Below are positions 58,000 to 64,000 of a stretch of 64,000 bases of DNA, piece by piece. Each line of letters starts with the position of its first letter. Position 1 is the first letter of the stretch. A program made the translations under genes and the position numbers. This DNA comes from Nibricoccus sp. (GTDB taxonomy: Bacteria; Verrucomicrobiota; Verrucomicrobiia; Opitutales; Opitutaceae): assembly GCA_047602425.1 (NCBI GenBank), contig JASGHG010000001.1:2912001-2976000 (forward strand). Reading direction: 5' to 3'. The notes under the pieces were generated by a model. It worked only from the letters and a program-made list of their open reading frames with translations. It did not search any database and was not told the origin of the DNA.

Positions 58000-60582
58000 A
58001 TGGACCCGCAAAAGCTCACCGTCATGTCCCGTCAGGCTGTCACCGATGCGCAAAACGAAGCGCGCCGCCGCCAGCACAACGAGGTCGACACCTGGCATCT
58101 GCTGCACGCGCTGCTCACGCAGGAAAACGGACTCGTGCCGGCCCTCGTTGAGAAATTGGGCCTAACCACCAGCGCGCTCCAACTCGCCGTCGATCGCGAG
58201 CTCGATCGTCTGCCGCGCGTTTCGGGCAGCGTCGATGTTTCCAAAATCTACGTCACGCAGGCCGTGCAGGAAGTGCTCACCCGCGCCGAGAAAGAAGCCG
58301 AGAAACTCAAGGACGAGTTCGTGAGCGTCGAACATCTTTTCCTCGGCCTCATCGACGTCGCCAAGCCCGATGCGCTGGCGAAACTTTTCAAAAGCTTTGG
58401 CCTCGATCGTGCAAAAACTCTGAACGTGCTCCGCGAAATGCGCGGTGCCCAACGCGTCACCACCGACAATCCCGAAGCGACTTACCAGGCGCTCGAAAAA
58501 TACGGCATCGACCTCGTCGCCCTCGCGAAAAAGGGCAAGATGGACCCGGTGATCGGCCGTGACGACGAGATCCGCCGCACGATCCGCATTCTTTCCCGTA
58601 AAACAAAAAACAATCCTGTGCTCATCGGTGAACCCGGCGTCGGCAAGACTGCCATCGTTGAAGGGCTCGCGCAGCGTATTCTCCGCGGCGACGTGCCGGA
58701 GGGGCTGAAGGACAAAACTATTTTCGCGCTCGATATGGGCGCGCTGCTCGCGGGCGCGAAGTTCCGCGGCGAATTCGAAGAGCGTCTCAAAGCCGTGCTC
58801 AAGGAAATCAAGGAGAGCGACGGACGCATCCTGCTTTTCATTGACGAACTCCACACCATCGTCGGCGCGGGCAAAGCCGAGGGCGCGATGGACGCCGGTA
58901 ATCTGCTCAAGCCCATGCTCGCCCGCGGTGAGTTGCACTGTATCGGCGCGACCACGCTCGACGAGTACCGCAAGCACATCGAAAAAGACGCCGCACTCGA
59001 ACGTCGTTTCCAACCCGTGTTGGTCGAGCCGCCGAGCGTCGAGGACGCCGTCTCGATTTTGCGCGGCCTGAAAGAACGCTTCGAATTGCACCACGGCGTC
59101 CGCATTCAGGACAACGCGCTCGTGAGCGCCGTGACGCTTTCGAACCGCTACATTTCCGATCGGTTCCTGCCCGACAAGGCGATCGACCTTGTTGACGAAG
59201 CCTGCGCGATGATTCGCACCGAAATGGATTCCGCGCCGCAGGAACTCGACGCGCTCCAGCGCCGCGTGCTCCAGCTCGAAATCGAGGAAGCCGCGCTCAA
59301 ACTGGAAAAAGACGAAGCCTCCAAACGGCGTCTCGCCACGCTGCGTAGTGAATTAACCGATACACGCGGACAGACTGCCGCGCTCAAGGCCAAATGGGAG
59401 AAGGAAAAAGCCGCGGTCAACCGCGTGCGCAAGGTCCGTGAGGAACTTGAGGCGGCGCGTCTCGAAATGGAAAAAGCCGAACGCGCCTACGACCTCAGCA
59501 AGCTTGCCGAACTGCGACACGGAAAAATCCCGAACCTTGAGGCCGAGCTAAAGAAACTCGAAAAAACCGAGGCCAAAACCGAACTCTTCAAGGAAGAGGT
59601 TTCCGCCGAGGAGATCGCCGAGGTCGTTGCGAAGTGGAGTGGCGTGCCGGTCACGCGTTTGATCGAGAGCGAAAAAGAAAAACTTCTGCGCCTCGGCGAC
59701 GTGCTGCACGCCCGCGTGATCGGTCAGGATGAAGCCGTGCAACTCACGAGCGAAGCGATTCTGCGTGCGCGCGCAGGCATCAAGGACCCACGCCGTCCCG
59801 TCGGTAGTTTCCTTTTCCTCGGTCCGACCGGCGTGGGCAAAACCGAACTCGCCAAGACGCTCGCCGAAACCCTTTTCGACAGCGAAGCCGCGATGATCCG
59901 CATCGACATGTCGGAATACATGGAAAAGCACAGCGTGGCTCGTCTGATCGGCGCACCTCCGGGTTATGTTGGTTACGACGAGGGCGGCCAGCTCACCGAG
60001 GCCGTGCGTCGCAAGCCCTACGCGGTTGTGCTTTTCGACGAAATCGAAAAGGCACATCCCGATGTATTCAACGTCCTGTTACAAGTCCTCGACGACGGGC
60101 ACATCACCGATTCGCAGGGACGCACGGTCGATTTTAAAAACACGATCATCATCATGACGTCGAATCTCGGCTCGCGCTTTTTGCTCGAAGGCGTCAGCGG
60201 CGACACGATTTCGGAAAGCGTGCGCGAGAGTGTGATGAGCGAATTGCGCCGTGCGTTTCGCCCGGAGTTCCTCAACCGCATCGATGAGACAATTCTGTTC
60301 AAGCCGCTCACGCTCGAAGAAATCACGAAAATCGTGGACCTGCTCGTGGCCGATTTGAACAAACGCCTCGCCGATCGTCGCGTGACCGTGTCGCTCGACG
60401 CGAAAGCGAAAGAGTGGGCCGCCGAAAAAGGCTACGATCCGGTCTTCGGCGCGCGTCCGCTGAAACGTTTTCTCCAGCGACAAATCGAGACGAAGCTGGC
60501 CCGCGCACTTGTCGCCGGCGAAATCGCCGAAGGCAGTGCCGTAAAGTTCAACGTCAAGGAGGACGAACTCACCATGAAGTGA
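58000..60582 (+). CDS. clpB: ATP-dependent disaggregase ClpB
   Basis: Two AAA+ modules ([16 protein letters not shown]), long middle coiled coil, GARPLKR. Confidence 0.96.
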   Translation: MDPQKLTVMSRQAVTDAQNEARRRQHNEVDTWHLLHALLTQENGLVPALVEKLGLTTSALQLAVDRELDRLPRVSGSVDVSKIYVTQAVQEVLTRAEKEAEKLKDEFVSVEHLFLGLIDVAKPDALAKLFKSFGLDRAKTLNVLREMRGAQRVTTDNPEATYQALEKYGIDLVALAKKGKMDPVIGRDDEIRRTIRILSRKTKNNPVLIGEPGVGKTAIVEGLAQRILRGDVPEGLKDKTIFALDMGALLAGAKFRGEFEERLKAVLKEIKESDGRILLFIDELHTIVGAGKAEGAMDAGNLLKPMLARGELHCIGATTLDEYRKHIEKDAALERRFQPVLVEPPSVEDAVSILRGLKERFELHHGVRIQDNALVSAVTLSNRYISDRFLPDKAIDLVDEACAMIRTEMDSAPQELDALQRRVLQLEIEEAALKLEKDEASKRRLATLRSELTDTRGQTAALKAKWEKEKAAVNRVRKVREELEAARLEMEKAERAYDLSKLAELRHGKIPNLEAELKKLEKTEAKTELFKEEVSAEEIAEVVAKWSGVPVTRLIESEKEKLLRLGDVLHARVIGQDEAVQLTSEAILRARAGIKDPRRPVGSFLFLGPTGVGKTELAKTLAETLFDSEAAMIRIDMSEYMEKHSVARLIGAPPGYVGYDEGGQLTEAVRRKPYAVVLFDEIEKAHPDVFNVLLQVLDDGHITDSQGRTVDFKNTIIIMTSNLGSRFLLEGVSGDTISESVRESVMSELRRAFRPEFLNRIDETILFKPLTLEEITKIVDLLVADLNKRLADRRVTVSLDAKAKEWAAEKGYDPVFGARPLKRFLQRQIETKLARALVAGEIAEGSAVKFNVKEDELTMK

Positions 60583-60607
60583 TCAGACGCTTGCTTTGCG
60601 TCGCCGG

Positions 60608-60634
60608 AACTTCAGTGCCTTGGGCACTGAAGTT
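60608..60634 (+). terminator. Hairpin after clpB
   Basis: AACTTCAGTGCC-ttg-GGCACTGAAGTT; weak T tail. Confidence 0.55.
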
Positions 60635-60678
60635 TCTGCTTTGCGCTCCGCGGGATTTGCGCGAACGTGTGCATTCTC

Positions 60679-61600
60679 ATGCCTGCCGTACCGATCCAAT
60701 TCTACAATCGCTACACCAAATCGCTCGAGACCGAGGCCGTCTACGGCGAGGCCTGGCTGCGCTTTGCGTACGAAAATCCCGCGGGTCGTCTGATGGTGTG
60801 GGCGTTTGCCCAGCGGGCCTTGTTCTCGCGATACTTTGGATGGCGAATGGGCCGGCAATACAGCCAGTTCAAGGTTCTGCCGTTCATCGTTAAGTATAAT
60901 CTCGATGTGGAGGAATTTGCGAAGAAGGCCTACGATTACGCGACCTTCAATGAATTTTTCACCCGCGCGTTGAAAAAGGGAGCGCGTCCCATAGCCGAAG
61001 GCGATCGCGTGGCGGTTTTTCCCGCCGACGGACGGCATTTGGCCTTTCCGAATATTGACCTCGCGGAAGGCTTTTACGTGAAGGGCGCAAAGTTTAGCCT
61101 TGCCGAGTTGTTCGGTGAAGAAAGCTTGCCGCAGGATCAGCAAGTTCTAACCCTGAAATATGCCGGTGGGGCGATGGTGATTTCGCGGCTGTGTCCGGTG
61201 GATTATCACCGTTTTCATTTCCCCTGTGCCGGTGTGCCCGGCGAGCCGCGGCTGATCGACGGACCGCTTTTTTCGGTCAGCCCGATCGCGCTGCGCCGCA
61301 AAATCAATTATCTGGTGCGCAACAAGCGCAAACTGACCGAGCTGGAATCGCCGGTTTTTGGCTCTGTGGCTTGTTTCGAAGTGGGTGCGACGAATGTCGG
61401 CAGCATTGTGCACACATTTGTGCCGGGCCGGTCCGGTGGCGAAGGGCGCGGAAAAGGGCCTGTTTAAATTTGGCGGTTCCTGCACGATCACCCTGTTCCA
61501 GGCCGGGCGCATCCGTTTCGACGAGGATGTGGTTGCGCAAAGTCGCGAGTGCATCGAGACCTACGCGCGCATGGGCGACCGGATGGGCGAGGCGCCGTAA
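60679..61600 (+). CDS. psd: Phosphatidylserine decarboxylase proenzyme, split by a +1 frameshift near 61432
   Basis: FNEFFTRALK, PADG, RLCPVDYHRFHFP, EVGATNVGSI in one frame; KG.EKG.FKFGGSC in the next frame to TAA 61600. Confidence 0.88.
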
Positions 61601-61664
61601 ACGGATTTATTTTCTCCGCTTGCCTGAGAACAATCAGGTCGCAAGCTGGGCAACTCCTCAACCC

Positions 61665-61748
61665 GCCCGGGTGGTGGAATGGCAGACACGAAGGTCTTAG
61701 AAGCCTTTGCCGTAAGGTGTGCAGGTTCGAGTCCTGTCCCGGGCACCA
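61665..61748 (+). tRNA. tRNA-Leu (anticodon TAG), CCA encoded
   Basis: Acceptor GCCCGGG/CCCGGGC-A-CCA; anticodon arm AAGGT-CTTAGAA-GCCTT; long variable arm; GGTTCGAGTCC T arm. Confidence 0.96.
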
Positions 61749-61769
61749 ATTACGGAGGGAGAGCTATAG

Positions 61770-61986
61770 CTTTGCGTTGATTCTGTCCGCTTTCTGGAAA
61801 TCCCTGAAATAGCCAGCAATAGCTTAAATTAAGTTATGGATCAACGACTTGGGAGAGTGAAAATCCGCGCAGGGCGATTTCGCCTTTGCGTTGATTCTGT
61901 CCACTTCTCACTTTGCGTTTGTGCTTTGTAAGTGGTTGGCCAGCTTGAAAAATCGCCCGAAAAAGTGGACAGAATCAACGCAAAGG
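61770..61986. repeat. Three copies of a ~24-bp sequence (two direct, one inverted)
   Basis: CCTTTGCGTTGATTCTGTCCACTT at 61883-61906, exact reverse complement at 61963-61986, one-mismatch 23-nt copy at 61770-61792. Confidence 0.9.
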
Positions 61987-62065
61987 TCTGCCGATACACA
62001 AACAGTTGTTTTTTACAGAGGTGGCGGATTTGCTCACCGCTTGCAGGTGAGGTGCAAGGGCGTTG

Positions 62066-62716
62066 CTAGCCTGTCTGTAGATGCGATTTTGGATCGGATT
62101 TGCGTAGGTCGTTTTGAGAACGACGTGAAGCGATCTTCCGATTCGCAGGTAATTGTTCGAAGTCTTCAGTTTCCATTTTTGCTACAGCCCAGTTGCCCAA
62201 CATTTTTACCCAAAAAACTTTGGATCGCTCATTCATCTTCACGTTTTTGAGGACGTCTTGGATTGCCTCCATGAGCTGACGGGAAGTCATTTTCTGACAG
62301 AGAAGGGCAACGACGACTGTAATTTGGGTGTTTTCCTCAAGCTCGTTGCCACGTGGTAGCTCATTCGGTTCCTTTCCTCCAGTGATATTCGGCCGGATTT
62401 GTTTTACCCCAGCCATCAGCATTGAGCCGAACATTTCAGGAAGAGTAGAGAGCGCCTCCGCCAAGCTCTTTTCCTTGGGAGGCTGGATTTCTCCTGTTTC
62501 AAGCCAAGTCGAGTCGCACCCTAACGCCTGAGCCAAAGCGGTAATTGTCGGTTTCGAAGTGACATAGTCACGCTCAGATTCCATGCGGCCAATTGCTGCT
62601 GCCGAAAGACCTACTTTTTCCGCAAGCATTCGTTGCGTAAGTTTCTTTTCCTGACGTAGCTCGCGAACACGGTCCCCAACAGTCTGCTTACTGGGTGGTT
62701 TTTTTTGTTGCGTCAT
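62066..62716 (-). CDS. XRE/cI-like repressor
   Basis: VGDRVRELRQEKKLTQRMLAEKVGLSAAAIGRMESE...LAQALGC...WLETGE. Confidence 0.85.
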   Translation of the reverse strand: MTQQKKPPSKQTVGDRVRELRQEKKLTQRMLAEKVGLSAAAIGRMESERDYVTSKPTITALAQALGCDSTWLETGEIQPPKEKSLAEALSTLPEMFGSMLMAGVKQIRPNITGGKEPNELPRGNELEENTQITVVVALLCQKMTSRQLMEAIQDVLKNVKMNERSKVFWVKMLGNWAVAKMETEDFEQLPANRKIASRRSQNDLRKSDPKSHLQTG

Positions 62717-62725
62717 GTCTACTGA

Positions 62726-62742
62726 GTAAGCATGTTGCTTAC
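62726..62742. promoter_or_regulatory. 17-bp palindromic operator candidate
   Basis: GTAAGCA-tgt-TGCTTAC between divergent start codons. Confidence 0.65.
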
Positions 62743-62747
62743 GTAAT

Positions 62748-62978
62748 ATGGTTGCCGCACCTGAGAAAAACTTCAAGCCCCGAGCGCAAACGCCCTTTGC
62801 GGCCGTACTGGCTTTGGAGTTTCAACGGACCAAAGGGCATATTCATCGTATCTGCACGGGAGAGAGAAAATCCCCGCTGCGCGAGCGTATTTTGGCGCGC
62901 CAGGCGGAACTTATGCACAGCGCGGCCATGGCTCCGGTGCCGGCGGAAACCTCAACCGATTCGAACCATGGAAACTGA
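62748..62978 (+). CDS. Small Cro-like DNA-binding protein
   Basis: LALEFQRTKGHIHRICTGERKSP resembles an HTH; divergent from the repressor. Confidence 0.55.
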   Translation: MVAAPEKNFKPRAQTPFAAVLALEFQRTKGHIHRICTGERKSPLRERILARQAELMHSAAMAPVPAETSTDSNHGN

Positions 62979-63186
62979 ACTCAATTCGAGCAGCCGAAAA
63001 GCCCGCCTCGTGCAGAAGCTCACCGCGATCTTCGCCGACGGCCCTCTTGTCGCGGCCCAAAATGCCGCGTCGGGAAATCCCCGGCTCGTGAGCGCAATCG
63101 GCCCCGAGCAGGCCTTCGATCCGATCCTGACCCAGGAGCGCGAGAGAACGCCGGGCCTCATTGCGGCGCACAACATCAAGGACTGA
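62968..63186 (+). CDS. Hypothetical protein (72 aa)
   Basis: ATG overlaps the upstream gene end; GC-rich third codon positions. Confidence 0.5.
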   Translation: METELNSSSRKARLVQKLTAIFADGPLVAAQNAASGNPRLVSAIGPEQAFDPILTQERERTPGLIAAHNIKD

Positions 63187-63221
63187 TCCTGCCAATTTCC
63201 CAAGTAACCGAACCAATTTTT

Positions 63222-63911
63222 ATGAAGAGAAACCAAGCACTTCCCACCGATCAGGCCCTTGACGCCTGCATCGCCGAGATTGCCACTCACCAAGAGGCCT
63301 ATCTCCAGCAACGAAAGGAATACCGCGCAGCATTGACCATGGAGCCGAAGCTCGTGCAGGACATCGAACGCCGGCAGGCCAGCTGCAAACTCGGAGATAT
63401 GCAGGAGGCCCGCGAAATCTGTATTGCGAAGGAGGCGCTGCTCAATGTCCGCAAACGGGCGGCCACGCTTACGCCCAACCCAAGTGACGATCTGAACATT
63501 TGGAGGGCTCGCTGGGACCGCGCGTTGCCGCTGGTTCGCCCCGAAGGCTACCGGCTCCTGGAACGCATGCGGGCGGAGTTCACCGCCAAATTGGTGCCGA
63601 TCATCGGTGCTGACGATGCCGGCAAGCTCGTTGAGTCGCTCACGCCCGTTCAACTTCTGGGCGAAACGCTCCGCGTCGGCTTTTTGATCCCCGGCGAGCC
63701 CGACTCTTATCGCGAAGCTTGCATTCGGATGATGGAACTCATCCGGGCGATGCGGAGTGATGGATTCGATGCCCACAAATGGAGCAAGGGCGAGCATCGC
63801 CTGATCAGATTTCTGCCGTCGAAATCGGCTCAATCCGAGCCGGCCCTCACCCAGGCCCTTGTCGAAGTGCCCGCCGCCGATGAGGAAGCGGAATCCGAAC
63901 AGCCGGAGTGA
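63222..63911 (+). CDS. Hypothetical helical protein
   Basis: 229-aa ORF with N-terminal coiled coil and acidic tail. Confidence 0.7.
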   Translation: MKRNQALPTDQALDACIAEIATHQEAYLQQRKEYRAALTMEPKLVQDIERRQASCKLGDMQEAREICIAKEALLNVRKRAATLTPNPSDDLNIWRARWDRALPLVRPEGYRLLERMRAEFTAKLVPIIGADDAGKLVESLTPVQLLGETLRVGFLIPGEPDSYREACIRMMELIRAMRSDGFDAHKWSKGEHRLIRFLPSKSAQSEPALTQALVEVPAADEEAESEQPE

Positions 63912-64000
63912 GCTTGTCCGCCGGCTTCCAATTCTTCACCGCAACCAATCAATCCACTTTCGACGCCCAGCAATGACGTCGTTTCGACATGGAGAAACAG

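Larger units (their letters stand above)
61749..64000. mobile_element. Left end of an integrated element (prophage, satellite or ICE-like) at the tRNA-Leu 3' end
   Basis: Visible AT-rich shift after the tRNA, repeated 24-mers, divergent repressor/Cro-like pair, ORFan genes; no integrase in the window. Confidence 0.7.

Noticed and set aside
61770..61986. CRISPR array interpretation of the 24-bp repeats
   Set aside because: Only three copies, one inverted, irregular spacing, no cas genes.

Overview
Bacterial chromosomal window, GC-rich and mostly housekeeping. Gene content suggests Verrucomicrobiota, probably Opitutaceae (inference from tandem TonB_C proteins, Ala(-1) pseudopilins and Ig/NHL surface proteins). 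It holds a truncated TonB-dependent receptor, monomeric class II RNR (nrdJ) behind tandem NrdR-like boxes, ppnP, two yebC paralogs, rpmH-rnpA-yidD-yidC, metX, a ribokinase-deoC pair, an ABC-F ATPase, a phosphorelay cluster, a gspG-M type II secretion cluster, hisC, sua5, rpsR, GH28, clpB, psd and tRNA-Leu(TAG). After the tRNA comes the left end of an integrated phage- or satellite-like element. Main unannotated signals: (1) a Trp-Trp leader peptide with a mutually exclusive antiterminator and terminator in front of an uncharacterised SAM-methyltransferase/GNAT pair (28567-28758); (2) several palindromic repeat families, including a GTAG-type REP doublet inserted in frame in sua5 and a degenerate palindrome at the 5' end of yidD; (3) a 25-bp palindrome present three times; (4) two poly-Ser/GlyGly-CTERM-like surface proteins; (5) a compact cI/cro-like switch and three 24-bp repeats next to the tRNA; (6) frameshifts in rnpA and psd, most likely assembly errors. 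All calls come from reading motifs by eye; no searches were run.
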